64,000 nucleotides of DNA from Ramazzottius varieornatus. Its lineage: Eukaryota; Animalia; Tardigrada. Shown piece by piece: positions 37,771 to 53,647 of this stretch. The translations under genes were made by a program, and so were the position numbers. The notes beneath the pieces were generated by a model, which saw nothing but the letters and a program-made list of their open reading frames with translations, was not told where the DNA came from and searched no databases. Numbering within the stretch: the first letter of the stretch is position 1; each line of letters opens with the position of its first letter. The stretch covers positions 5,989,591-6,053,590 of the forward strand of contig BDGG01000001.1 in assembly GCA_001949185.1 (NCBI GenBank), given 5' to 3'.

Positions 37771-39649
37771 GTGTGGGCAATTAAGTTACTCTAAAAGGGG
37801 GAGGGCCAAAATCGAGTTTTCGACAAGTGACGTAGAAACTCCGGCTCGAAGTAATCAGCGGATCAAGCGGCAGTTCACGTCTCTGGATTGCAGCTTGATC
37901 AGCTGTTTGCTTTCTGCGTCACGTCGATTTTGGCCTTGCCCCCTTTTAGAGTACCTTATTTGCCTACACTACGTGTTTATCAGCAAAGTTGACTTGACTG
38001 CTTCCATAGTTCACGGCTCGGAAGCAACTCTTTCTGTCGTTTCTCCTAAAGGCCTACCGGTGACAGAAAGCATGCAAACGTTGATTGGTTAGCTGTTGGT
38101 TTTTGGGGCCGTCAAGATTTGCAGCCTTTGCGTGGTACCGGCAATACCCACATGGAGCTTTGTCTAACTTTTCAACGCTTTTTTCCGATGTAGCACATGT
38201 AATGGTCGTAAATGGATTGCAACGTTTGGCGGTCGAGAGATGTAAGAAGGACTTGATTAGACTGAGTTGTGAGCAGAGGTTAGCATGTAAGAGACGACAG
38301 CGTACACTCAAAATACTTCTATCGCAAAGAGCAATCCTGTATTGTCCATTCACGAGTTGGACAAATATTTCTAGTGGCTCTTGACTAGTGGCTCTTGGCT
38401 CTTGAAAGATTGCAGCGGCGAAAACCAGGTCAGAACTTGTTCCTCTATTGACAGATTTGTTTTGTGTAAGCATGCGTTCGATGAGGATGCCACCGCATAA
38501 GCTGCTCAACTGTTTTCTGACCATATCCTGGAAGAACTACTTGGAAATCAGCGATTCTGACTTCATCCAAAACGCTGTTTTCCCAGCGAGTCAATCCTTA
38601 CTTTGATGGAAAGGTAACCGGAAGTTTCTAGAGAATAGAAAGGACTACTAACAACTATGTTTGCGGCATTTCGTTATCAGGGAAGCCCCCTCCCCCTTCC
38701 CAAGTTCAGTATTGAAATTCCTGAAAATTGTGTGCTGGATTGTTGGTTCGTTGTAGAAAGCATTGCAATTAGCACGATAAAGTGTACAACTCTGCAGCCG
38801 CAATAAACCTGAGTGAGGCAAGCGCGACAACTTGCCATGCTCGAGACATACCTAAACTTGCACATCGGCTGCTTTGTTTTCGCAATGTCGCTACCAGGAA
38901 TCGTCCCGCATATCTTTCTAGCTCAATACATCCTGGCGTACAATTATCAGTTTTTACTGCAGAGGGCACAGTGAAGAGAAAGGCAATTCAATAACCAACT
39001 AACGGACCAGCTTGACTATTTTGAAGAAAACAGCCTTGAAAAGTGAGTCGCTGTGCCATTTTCTTATATTGTTATCCATGAGCATTGCAAGGCGCCGTTT
39101 GAGAAAGCTATCACTTCGTAAGCCTCTACAACTTTGACAATCGTTGGCTCTTGACTGAACGCACGAATCGAGATAGAACGCTGCGAAACCGTAATTGTGT
39201 ATGCGGATCCACAGGAACGCTGTTTTTCCTCGCTTTGCACGGCGGTGAATTTGACCATTTCTCTGACGAGACCATTGCTCCGACATACAGAAACTTTACA
39301 TGGAAGGGCTCCCCCTCTCCCGCATCTGATTGTCTCTCAGAAAAGCCGGAATGCTCGATAACTCCCCTTGAAATAGGAGAATGCCTAGGTACTCGTAATA
39401 AAGGGGAAAAGAAAAAGCTGGTCGGTAGGGCGTCCCTGCCGCTGATCAGATTTAACTTGTTCCCCTGCAGATCCACCGCCCACAGCCAGTCAAAACTCAA
39501 AACTGCAGAATCACAGCAGCACAGTGGCCGCCAGCTTGCTTTACATTCCAATCGCGCCAGATCGAGTCAGACTCGCGCTAGACTTCTGCGTTCCGAGTAA
39601 TCATGACTAGAAATTCAATCAACTATATCAAAGGCTCCCTGTAGTATTT

Positions 39650-39780
39650 TAAGGCACCTTTTCCACCTTGCGGAAGGCACCTTCGTTGCCTAGGGTGGAA
39701 AGGTGGAAAATCGTTTATCAGAGAGGCTTTAAGGTGGGAAAAAGGCACCAAAAGGCACCAAAAGGCACCAAAAGGCACCG
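39650..39780. repeat. AAAAGGCACC tandem repeat (4 copies) plus dispersed aggcacc/ccacc motifs
   Basis: Directly visible. Confidence 0.85.
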
Positions 39781-39917
39781 CTAGTACACGTGTGGGCTCG
39801 CCATGTGGAGGCCAAGAATTTTTCAGAAAAAGCGAAACCTTCCCTTGCCCTACTCAAATTTCATCAGCTGTGCCTCTAAGCAATGAGCCCGGTCTTTTGA
39901 GGAACCTTGCCGACAGC

Positions 39918-40444
39918 TAGCGATGTTAATTAATCAACCAACGCTGGATATAACCGGTTATATCCGGTTAAAAGTCGGTTTCGATAACGGCTTTAACCAA
40001 CCGCCTTTTATCCAGATGGAAGCCATAACCAACCGCCATTAACCGGATAGAAGGTTTTATACATCTGCATTCTTATCCGGATGGTGCGACAACACAAAAC
40101 ATCAGGAAAAAGCCGAAAAGCAAATTCCAACAAACTCGAAATTTGGGTTTCGCTGTTCAACAATGTTCATTTTGAGAAAACATTGCTATCTGTCTAGAGG
40201 GCCATTCTGAATTCTGAGGAAACCGATAACAGGGCCGTTTACGGAGCGAATAAGCTGGACAATCTTCGAAGGCTTGATATGAGTTCGGACAGTTATCCGG
40301 ATAGTTATCCGGTTATCCGGCTAACACTTTATCCAACCGCCTGTCAGCCGGATAGACCTTTTAACAAACCACCCTTTCCGGATGAAGTTTCATCGAACCG
40401 CCTATCCAACAGTTTAACCATTTAACCAACCATCAACAACCCTA
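39918..40444. mobile_element. hAT-type non-autonomous element with ATCCGG/AACCG subterminal repeats
   Basis: TAG…CTA termini, degenerate 8-bp flanks (ccgacagc/cttacagc) and clustered tatccgg and aaccgcc motifs at both ends. Confidence 0.6.
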
Positions 40445-41093
40445 CTTACAGCCCACTTAGTTCCGATCAAACAAGTGTACCTGATCGGAACATGTGTGCA
40501 TTTCTTCCCAAATTCCGCCATTCGAGTCAAGGACTTTTTTACGCAGGATTGTCATATCTCAATTTTTCCATCTTTCTGCCGTCACCGTTTCCAGCTTTCA
40601 GCTGGAGGACTTGCGGAAATGGCGTAAATCCTTTGTTAGTTCGGCGTTGCCGACCTTGAAGTATCAACCAGACGGTCTTGTGACGTTGATTGAATTACTT
40701 ATAATCATTTTGCTAATCTTGAGGCAGTGGCAGCAGCTTTCCGCTGTCGACTTAAGTGCCGGAGAGACAGGAAAGAGTGCAGACGACTGTGCCGTTCCGT
40801 TTTCCGATGTGATTAGATGGAGAAGTAAAAAAGTACGAAGTACCACACTGTATGCGGAAGACCATTAATTGCTTCACTGATTGGACTAATGTGGCATATG
40901 GTCGGCCTTCTTCGTCACCTCTAGGAACCAACGAGAGTGAAAACTAAGGATACCCGTCAGACCGACGAGTATAAAAAACTAGTCTTTGCAGTTCGTGGCT
41001 GAGATTCCGGATCAATTCACTTCACCTTTGAAGTTCTCCGTCCGCCGTTCTATGCGTAGAAACCCAATCACGGAAAAGATCCATCTGCTTGTG

Positions 41094-44000
41094 ATGAGAC
41101 ACGTTTTTGTTTTGAGTATTGTAACATCTGTTTTGTGCTTCCCGCATTCCACACCGCTCTCCGCGAACTTCACGCACCTGACACCAAGCGTTGAACTTCG
41201 AATCTTAACTCCCGTTCTCCAATCCACCACAATTCTTGGTACTTACTCCGTAATTGGCCCAGCTTTCGACCTCGCTCTACTGGATGCAAAGACGATGTAC
41301 CCGGAAGTGAAAATACTCCAACAGCTAGTCGACGACAGCTCGCCAGATTGTAACTCCTGGAACGACGAGGTGGAAAACGAGCTGGCTGCAAGTTATTATC
41401 GGTCTCTCAGCTTACCATCCAACGGTACAGTCGTCAATGCCATCATTACCGCAGGTAAGTTACGCCTTCCGTTTTTTTAAATACGTATAGCCGAACTCTT
41501 CGAGTGTCTTTCCCATATAGAAAGTTAGGTCCTGACAGACTCCTGTCAGACTATTGCTACTGGGCACTTTATGTGAGATGTCTGGATAACACGAGCCCCG
41601 TATCCGAAATCTGACATAAATATTACACCGTGTGAATAATGGACTGACCGAACTGCACGTCGAAACCTGGTCGTCACACCCTCGGTTTCAGCGAAAAGCC
41701 GGGTTCCACGTTGAAGAACCTCAATTAAATCATTCAGTCTTGCTGGTTCGCCATTATTTTGCTTTTTCTACTCCGTATTGATAACTAGCTCTTCCTGAAG
41801 CATCAAAAATCTTCATACCCTGATCGATGCTGAGATCCGAAATGGGACGACAAGAAGAGCAGCAACAAAAACCTCGTTAGTCTGGCATCAACTACTTTTC
41901 CTGGAATACACATTTTGCCTGTACTTTTCAGCTTCATAAGGTACCCGGCTATTGCTGTCGAATTACACCCTTGTCTGTAGTATACAATTCTTAGTCCTGA
42001 CTTTTTTTGGTAAGGATGAAAATCGAGCTGTTGGCTGACTTGTCATCTTGAAGACGATTTAAGTTAAACTGGAACACCGTCGATCACGGGAAACGGAAAG
42101 CAAGAAGATGGTATTATTCTGGCCCGAACAATTACAAGTTTTACACTTTCCGTTCTCCTGGGAGGGAAATTGGCTCAAATTGCACCAAGTCCTGACGGCA
42201 CGATCGAGCCCGCAACCCGTACAAGGCTCCGAAAAACGGGAAGTGAGCAATCCGATCGGTACTGGCCTGAATAGATGTAAGTTTCTCACTTTCTGTTCTT
42301 GCTTGCTTCGAGCTTTTTTAGTTCGAAAAGCACACCCTCATCCCTCAAACCACATCGTTCCAGAACTCAACCGCTTCCGCACGGATCATCGTCTGTGCTT
42401 AAAGGATTGTTACATTACCCTTCTTGACAATAGTGTGACTGTGTTGTGTGTATTTTTGTTTCAGTTTCGTCCCTTTCAAGAAAGATCCTCTTTCCAGTTC
42501 TCACTATCAAACTTCAATTCGGTGTTCCAAAATGCGATCCTGGCTACAGTATTATCTGTACTCGTACCCTGTCCATCTGTTTGGTTTGGACCGTTTAGTG
42601 TCTTGAAGTCTGATATCGGCCTGTCCTCTGCCGAACAGGAAAGGATGGTTTTCAAGAGCGTATTTTTAAGGAAGTGAGTTTTTTAATAAAGATGGTGACT
42701 GAAAACCTACCGTTTATCGGCAAGCTGAATGTGCACAGGAGTGACGTGGTCTTACCGCAGTGGTATGGGGGCATGTGGATAGTCTGACCTCGATCTCGCA
42801 TCGGTCTGACTGAAGTCTGATGGGCGTATTTTCGAAGTTTTTTTACACTATGGTATCCGTTTGCAAACTCAAAATAATATGATAGTTATGCCAAGCCGTA
42901 TCTGGTATTACAGACACATTCCAAAAACGACCAGCAAACTCTTGCTTGTTTTGCCGTAGGATGCGCGGAGTCTCGGCCGCTAGCTCGGCTGGCATCAAAC
43001 TGGAACATTCTGGTGATAACAAGGTACAGCTCAAGCAACGGGATTAGAAATTAATCGACCCGAATTATCAGCCTTTGATTTCCTCTTTTAGTGGGTCGAC
43101 CCCTGTCCCAGAGGGACCGTTGCAAAAAGAGCACTTTTCAACCTGGATTTCAACGGGATTAACTGCCACATTTATTCCACACATGCGCTTCTATTCCCAC
43201 TTGATGAAAAAGTTCAATTGGACGTCTGCGGCCATAATAGCTGATCTGGCTGGTACCCAGTACTCAAGTACCTTGGCAGAAATTATTGCTCAGGACCTAA
43301 CTCACAACTCCGGCTGTCAGATAGCTCACTTCACCTTTAACTCATCGAAAACTGCTTTGATCGATTTCAGTTGGGAACTAAACCACTTTCAAGAGACAAC
43401 ACGAGGTACCGAGGGACACGCGAATTATAGTATATTCGAACCAGAAAGTAGCGAATATGATGTCCGCATGATGGCTTTAGAACTTATCTTCCTTATTACA
43501 GTGTGCTTGTTTTTTGGAACATCGAAGCCTCTTCGTCAGTTTATGGTGAGGTGGAGGACAGTAGAATACATTTTTTATTTGATTCTCATTTCTCGGTTCA
43601 GTGTCACGCAGTGTATTCTCCCGATAGTTCTGCGAACTACGTCAATACGCTGGTAAATTTATACCCGCGTCGGTATCACTGGTTGCTTGATTGTTGGCGT
43701 CAATGAACTTAATTGGCTATTTATCCTTGATTGAAAGCACAGATATTCTCTGTTCCCGCCGGGTAACATTTACCGCAACACAACGATACAAGTCTTGAGT
43801 TTGGTGGATGAATGGGTGCTGTTTCTTGACTGCTTTGGCATTCAGAGGGCTTGGGATATGTACCACTCGTTACTCCTGGTTGAACCAGACAATTGGCCAT
43901 TTTCCGCCTCAACAAACCGCGATTACGGCGCAACATGGAAGCAGAAATCAGATAAGGTCTACCACCGACCATACGGTCCCACCCAAGTAGTACGTACAGT

Positions 44001-44726
44001 AACCATCTATATTTCAACAACGTCTGAAAGAAGGTCGCATCATGTTTTTTTTCCTGGATCCATCACCTGGATCCATCGGGGTATCGAACGGTCACTATCA
44101 ATCTCAGAAAGCTGGACCAAGAAACTCTGGAGTTTAAAGTACTGTGATAGAGCTGCGTGCCGAGTCAAACAGCTTTTCTAACGCAAACGATGGGTGGCTG
44201 CCTACTATAAGATACAGTATCATCTAAAGTTCTTTTTCCCGCAGACAGTTTGCATTCAAGATGCCGAACATTTTCTCTGGAAGCACAGAGCCAACTTCTC
44301 CTGGCGTGGTTCGTGGCCTGTCCGCGATCGACCAACAGACGATTGGGGTAACGGCGTTTCAGGTATTGCCAGATCTCGGCCAATATGTCTTCATGTGGCA
44401 GCTAATTAGCTTATTGGCAGGGTACGTGAGACTGTCCATCATTGTGGGATGCACGACTGTACTGTGTGGCATCATCACCGCCGGCGCTTTCGCAACGCTT
44501 TTAGTAATAAGGTACTGTACGGCTACTGATGGTTGTGAATTTACTGGCACCCGGAAGTACCCGCCAACATAACGACACGATCTTCGCAATTGTCAGACTA
44601 CGGCGATCTCGTATTTCTGATTACGGACCATGGTGGATGCTGGATTGTTTTCACCTGGACTTCGTGCGACCATCCCTCCATAATCGCACCTCATTTCTGG
44701 TTTTACTTGGAATGTCGGACTTTTAG
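41094..44726 (+). pseudogene. ANF-receptor-type single-pass membrane protein without kinase-homology or cyclase domains, copy 2 (probably disrupted internally)
   Basis: Exons 41094-41454 (signal; IGPAFDLALLD), 42960-43023 (GCAESRPLARLASNWNILVIT), 43092-43405, 43502-43545, about 43851-43990, about 44060-44138 and 44244-44361, then a TM exon (LSIIVGCTTVLCGIITAGAFATLLVI) and a short tail (…GPWWMLD…*). Middle exons are missing or frameshifted. Confidence 0.7.
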
Positions 44727-45270
44727 TCTACCAGTCTAACTTTGTATCAACTAACCCTCATATATGGACCAAAAAAACCGTTATTAAGCACTGAAAACTC
44801 GTCACCAACCAATACACCTCATTTCGCATGCAGTTACTGTAGTTTAGCCTCAAGCCCTCAGTCCGCCGTACAAAATTATGTATCTTTCCAAAGGAAACTG
44901 CTCGCTCTTAGATTTCCTAGTCAGAGACGGATATCGTCCCGGATATCTCACAGGATACCTAGTCTGGATGGCTCGACTAGTCGCCGTAGTCGCCGAGGTT
45001 ATCGCATGGGACTTATCTTTCTCGAATAGGATAAGCTGTTGACATTAGTTAGCCACATGACGTCTTATCAAACTACAAGCACGGTAAGATATGACAGTGG
45101 AAGTTTTGACGTCAGCGGCGGCACCAAATGGGTGTGCTTCGCACCATATCTCCGTCAGGATGCATCGCCCTCTCGCGGTTGTATTCAGGTGCACTATTGA
45201 CATGAAATAGTAAAGTGTTCAAGTTCGATCCCGGAGTTACGCCAAAGTATCAAACTGGCCTCTCTGTGCG

Positions 45271-47821
<2,551 letters not shown>

Positions 47822-48556
47822 CCGGAGCTATTGGACCAGTGTATTTTTCAAAGTACCAAGCAGCGTCATCACAGTGTATCCAGACTTCGATACTCCCATT
47901 TAATACAGAAGCCCTTCCTTCCCGCGTGATAGGATTTTCTCATAATGAGACACCGTAATCCACTTTTTTATGGAATGATCCCATGTTTTGCTTATGTAAA
48001 AGAATGTTCACCGTTAGTGGGAACGCCGTAAACGAGCTCGACCGAGCCCCGATTTACGTAGAATGGCCTTCCAGAATAGGATGGGGGAAGAAGGCACCTC
48101 TAGAAATGTTCGAGCGGACTGATTGACTAACAGGCCTAGGTGGAGACCGAATAAACCTTAGACAATTGGTTCGCACGGTTTTGTCTTCTAGAGGTTCAAT
48201 TCGTCCGATCACAGTTGTTGCAGTGAGTACTATACCCAGCGCGAGCACCTTTGCATTGACAGCGATAACCTTCGGGCACCGACATTATGCTATTGGCAAA
48301 TCATGTGTGCACGAGAGCCCGTCTTGGTGAGAGCACCTTTCCGCGGTCCGAGATCAGAGTTCGTAAACCTCGATGAGAAAATCGGCATAGAAAAAGCTGA
48401 ACATCGACTCGATCAGATGGTGTCAAAGATATCTACCCAGGGTTTCTATTTTATATCCCCACCTACACTGAAGTTTAATCCCCAGTGTTCGGCAGTATTG
48501 GGTACTTTGAAGTCCTCCAACCGTTCTCAACCGAAAGAAAATTCTGCTCTTGCGCG

Positions 48557-49339
48557 ATGGACAGATGTTTAGCAGTGCCGTTGCTTGCGTTCAGCCTTTT
48601 TTCTGGTAGCGGTCCGAGGTGAGGGAGTGTTGTGTCAGTCTGTTACTGTAGTGCTACCAAATTATCGCGCACTGAACCACATGACGAGTCATCGCTGCCC
48701 GGCGTGATCAGATGTTATCAGTTTAGCCTCACTGACTCTCACCCGGGCATCATTTACTGTTCACATAGTTGAGTGCGCGATGATTTGGTAGCACTACAGA
48801 ATAACAATCTTCAGTACACGCACGATGGGATATTATGGGACAGGCCTTTTCGCTACGGCGGCACTGAAGCACGTATGTACTCGACCGATTCACAGTAACA
48901 CACTTTTCGACACTTGTCTACGGTCGAATTCCCATTTTTCCGTTCTCTTCGCCTGTCCCATAATTTTTACTGTCCCATCGTTCGTGTACTTCGTAGCCGC
49001 ACCGGCCAACCATGAAGGACTGGGTTTTCAGGTGCTGAGGAGGGCGAAGCATGTAGTTCAGTGGCAGATTGCTCTGGCGCCGGAACCTCGTGTCTTGACG
49101 AGCAGTGTAAATGTTGGACCGTCATGGGTAATGTTGTCGCAGATGCCTGGGTAAGTTCGACGAATCAGATTCTCTTGTGCGAATTCCTCACACTGCGTTT
49201 TTGTTTTCCGCAGGCCTGCAACAACGATGAGGGGTGCGAAAGTGTGTTTCCCAATCACGTCTGTCGTGCCACAGTACAATGCCAGGCGGCGAACGGTAAA
49301 GTCGGATACAGTCAATCGGAAGATGCACTTCGGGATTAA
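48557..49339 (+). CDS. Small secreted Cys-rich peptide (EB-module-like repeats)
   Basis: Signal exon from ATG 48557 (MDRCLAVPLLAFSLF…), exon 49032-49150 (AEEGEACSSVADCSGAGTSCLDEQCKCW…) and exon 49214-49339 (ACNNDEGCESVFPNHVCRATVQC…). The first donor site is ambiguous. Confidence 0.65.
48646..48799. mobile_element. MITE in an intron
   Basis: ctgtagtgctaccaaattatcgcgcact…agtgcgcgatgatttggtagcactacag inverted termini. Confidence 0.8.
48817..48986 (+). mobile_element. MITE family A copy with TA TSD
   Basis: TA-cacgcacgatggga…tcccatcgttcgtg-TA, with internal identity to 4652-4852. Confidence 0.85.
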
Positions 49340-50463
49340 CAATGTAATAATACCGTGGAATCCATCTGTCTCTTTTATACTATACGGTACTCGGCACAAA
49401 TGTTGCTCTCGATAAGTAGAGATTTTAGCTCAAGATCCTCCCACAGAGGCCATGTATGTGCTTCAACAGCCGGGAGCGAGGAACCAACGCTCTTCTGATA
49501 TCATAATAGAATTCGATGTTAAGATGAGTGGCGCTCGACTTTCGCTGTTCACCGTTTTCAGTCCTTTGCGGTTTAGGCATCCTCCATGCGGAGTTGTCAC
49601 CACTTTGGCGAACAAGCAAACAGCGAAAAAGCAATGACTTGTGTGTACTCCATTTGGCCACAAGGCACCCATAAGCTGCTATATATCGGCGTTCTTTCGG
49701 CAGACGCAGTGGCACCATCTTCAAGCTGCTCGAAAAGCCATCGCGGTATCGAAGTATTTATTGTCGACACAGTAGAACAGTAGAGCAAGGTATAAATTAA
49801 CCGCTTAGCGATGGAGAGCTGATATCGGTGATCTAAGCATGTCCTGAAGCATGGCGACCTTGTTTCTAGCGAAAAGCCTCTCTAAAGATCTTCAAGCGGC
49901 TCGTCTTCATTCTGTTATGTTTGGTCTTCGTAATAACTCATCGGAAGCTGAGAGGCGAGGTATCCGGCTGTGCAAGACAATACAGTGCCTCCTTCGTTCA
50001 CGCTTCATCGGTCTCGTTATAAGAGTGTCTTTTATTTGATCAATGCCTGATCTGTTTTTTTCCCCGATAATATTTACCCACCCACCGAAGTGGTCATCAC
50101 TCGTAGAAGCGTTGATTTCTTTTTCCAAAAATAAAAGGCACTGATCTTGAGGGAGCGACTCTCACCTGTTCTAATCCTATCGCATTCTAATCTGAATCAC
50201 TGCGTAAACACATCGGATGACTATTCTTGTCACAAACGGATCATGATTGGGCATTTTGACATATCATCGTATTGGGATTTAATGTGGTCGGGAGATTTGT
50301 CTGAGTATTGTCTAAAAGTACCGGAGATATTAGACTGAAGATTTCAAGAGGAACCATGGATCACTTCAGAATGGGTCGCCTGTATTATACCTGCAGAGTA
50401 AATTTTCGTGACAATCTGGTATCCGGTAAGTAAAAACAGAAGCCCATGTACTGACGACGACGA

Positions 50464-53400
50464 GTTTTCTGCACCACACCTGGCTACACCATCGATTTTG
50501 CTAGGATTATTTCTGCTGGTGTGTCTTACTTCCGGGATGGCCACGGCGGGGGCTGAGTCGATATGGGTCACTGACACCGATCAGTATTCGCAGGTAAGAA
50601 GGCGGCCCGCTTGCTGACTGTGCCACACGCGCTACCACACGTAAAAAAGTATACATTGTTAGAAGTGGCATCTCTGCGCTTCAGGCGTCGTGAAGATGCA
50701 TTTTCAGTCGTTGATTCCATTAGCTCGCAGTTTCTTTACGTTATAATCAGTTGCAATTCTGAACGGAATCTGTCAAAAGACAATCAATCTCCACGGATAC
50801 AATCGGGCTAATTTCCTCTCGTTCAACTACGACCGCTTCGACATCCATCACACTTTCACTTTCCCTTTGTCAGAAGCTTGTCCTTCCGTGAGAGAGGCTC
50901 GCAGTACTTGGGAATAAACCTCAACGCAACGTACGAGCACACGTTCTACGGGCAGCGTAAAAATAAGATTAAGCGTTCCCTTGCTGGGTAGCTCGGAAGT
51001 AATCCATGTTTAATTCTGAGCCTGGGCTACAAGGAGGGGAAGGGGTTGGTAGGGGCATGCACAGGGTCTGAACCTTCCCTTTCGCTCCTTTTTTGGTCTG
51101 GATCTCGCTTCGTATGGGGAATGTGAGGCTGATACCAGCCGGACTTTTGCTCAGAATGTGCTTCTACGATTTGATCTCATAGCGCGTTTACAAATCAAAG
51201 ATCGTTTCTCGCGCGTCTTGAACATCAAATAAAATAAGACCAAAGCAGAGGGCCCACATTTTTCACCGGAACTGTTTTTCTTTGCAGTTGGGAAGACTAA
51301 ACCTCAATACAGACCCGCGCTACTTGAGATGGCCGGATCCTTCTTACGTTCCCTATAAGATATCTAGCGATTACAGTAAGTCCAACATTCAATCCGAGTC
51401 GCCCCAGCACGTATTTGTGGTGACATCACCGCAAATATTCAGCCTAACCACAATCAGTAACACACTGTGCCTGATCTGCAGCACCCGCGGAAGAGCGGAT
51501 CATCCATGACTCAATGGACCAAATATTTTACGACACTTTGGGCTGCGTACGTTTCGCACTCTATAATTCTACCTCAGATAAAGGAAAAGATTACGTCGAG
51601 ATAAATCCAGCAGTCGACGGGTAGGCTCTTCTCCATCCTCCCTGGTGCACTCGAACACAGGATTTTGTATCGTTCCGTGCATTTTGGGTTTCATGGTTAG
51701 GACATGCTGGTCATATCCCGGCCTATTGCCTTCTAATGGTGACGGACAAAAGCTTGGAATATCTTCTGGAAAGTATGGATGCACACACAGCAAGCGGCTA
51801 GTCATGAAGACCCTATTCCACGTGCTGGGTAAACGTAGCGAACATAATCGCCCGGATAGAGATGACTATCTGGATATGCATCTGGAGAACCTTGATCCAA
51901 GTGAATACCCCTAATTTCTTGCGTCTACTGTATTACCATGGCTAACTACTGTTTTCCTTGTAGCCTTTGCTCCGTTCGCGCCATTTCAAAAGTATCTGGA
52001 CAGCACAGTGTACTATCAAGGTTTTCCGTATGACTACAACAGTATTACCCACCATCTCCCTACAGCCTACGCCAAACCAGGAAGTACCGTCTTCTCTGTC
52101 AGGGATTCCAGCAAAACCATCGGTGACAAGCCTCGCTTGAGCTACTGGGACTGCTACGCCATGTCCATGCAATATCAGTGTCAAGACATCCTCAAGAATG
52201 ATCGATGCCGGAACGTTGACGGTATTTGATGTATTACCGAGAATACTCCGCCCCACTGCATTTCATTACGTACTCTGTCAAAATCGTATTTTCATTTGTA
52301 TTTCAGCCTATAGACCGACGGTGACTGTTCTTGCCGGTGTAACATCTGGGCGCAACTCTTCTTACTTTTCATCGTGGGAAAACGAAACGCCACCGGCCAC
52401 CATCACATCGACAACATCCACAACTGCAACGACCACTACAGCAACTCCTCCCACATTGTGGACCAGACCTGCACCTGAGTCCGTTGTTCCGGTGGTGGAT
52501 CCGCAGCTGAACCAGATACCCAACGCTGGCGCTGCGGATTATATGGACAGTCAGACCCGGAAGACCGAGATGTTGAGGAATATTTGTGAACCAGGCTTTC
52601 GAGTTGATGCTGCAGTGCAAAGCCAAGACCAGAGAATCTTGATCTTTTCCGGTATGTTTGCTTTCGATAGGCAGTATGGCCGCTGTTTTGGCTCATGCAT
52701 TGCGGTTCTAAGGACAATGGACAGATCAGCTAGTATTTCTGGATGATCGTAGGCAACGACTATTACATCATAACGACCGCAGGTTTCATTAAGGCCGGTC
52801 CGTTGCCCATCGCGAGAGACTTCCCCGATATTCCGAAGCTCCCGATCACTGCTGCTTTTAGCACGCAAGATGGACGACAGAAAATCACTCACCTAATTTC
52901 TGTGAGTATTGGGCCTATTGTTTATGGGTTCCGATGATTACTTAAAAGGATGTTAATCAAATAATCAAAGCATGCCTATGCTGCAGGACCAGAACGATTA
53001 CAGCTATGTGGATTTAAGCTTCATTGATTACTTGCCTATTGTGGAAGACGACTTGCTGACGCCCATTTTGCGCACCGTGTTCACGATACCAGATCCCAAT
53101 AGGCCACAAACGACTTACGAGTATCGACTTTTCAGTAAGTCAGACCACCATCAAGTATCGAAACATCAAAACAGGCGAATGCGCTTCGCAAGCCAACCTT
53201 TGAGATCTCCTTTCAGATGGACAGTCGGCTCAGTATGTGCAAATTGGCTCTGACGGAAAAAAAGTGCCGCTTAGCAAAAGTCAGTTCCTGCGCGGCAACG
53301 CGTCAATGGTGCCATCCTTCATCGACTCTGTTGTAATCTTCCGCGTAGGAAGTCTGTCTAACAGCCGAAACGTTGCACTGGTCTTCTCTGCCGACCATGT

Positions 53401-53647
53401 TTACCTGATGGATGTGGATTATTCTTGCCTCTCCAGTATCCGTGCCCCTTGTCTAGCTGTATCTGTAAGCTATCGCCTGAAATTTGCGTGATATTGCTAT
53501 ACATATGCAAGCCACTGGCAATGCTGTTGATTTTTTGTTTTGTTACAGAATCGAGGTGTTTCACCGATCCCTCTACGAAATGTTCTCGCATGTCAGAGAT
53601 ACGCAGTTGGCAGATCGTTCTCTCCCGCATACAGCGCAGGTCGCTAA
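50464..53647 (+). CDS. Catalytically inactive astacin (M12A) homolog + Thr-rich linker + hemopexin-like domain (start codon unresolved)
   Basis: About 10 phase-consistent exons. Signal-like ILLGLFLLVCLTSG; RWPDPSYVPYKIS; GCVRF; CWSYPG; MKTLFHVLGKRSEHNRPDRDDY; PYDYNSITH; TTSTTATTTTAT; ICEPGFRVDAA…ILIFSGNDYY; terminal NVLAC; TAA at 53645-47. Confidence 0.85.
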
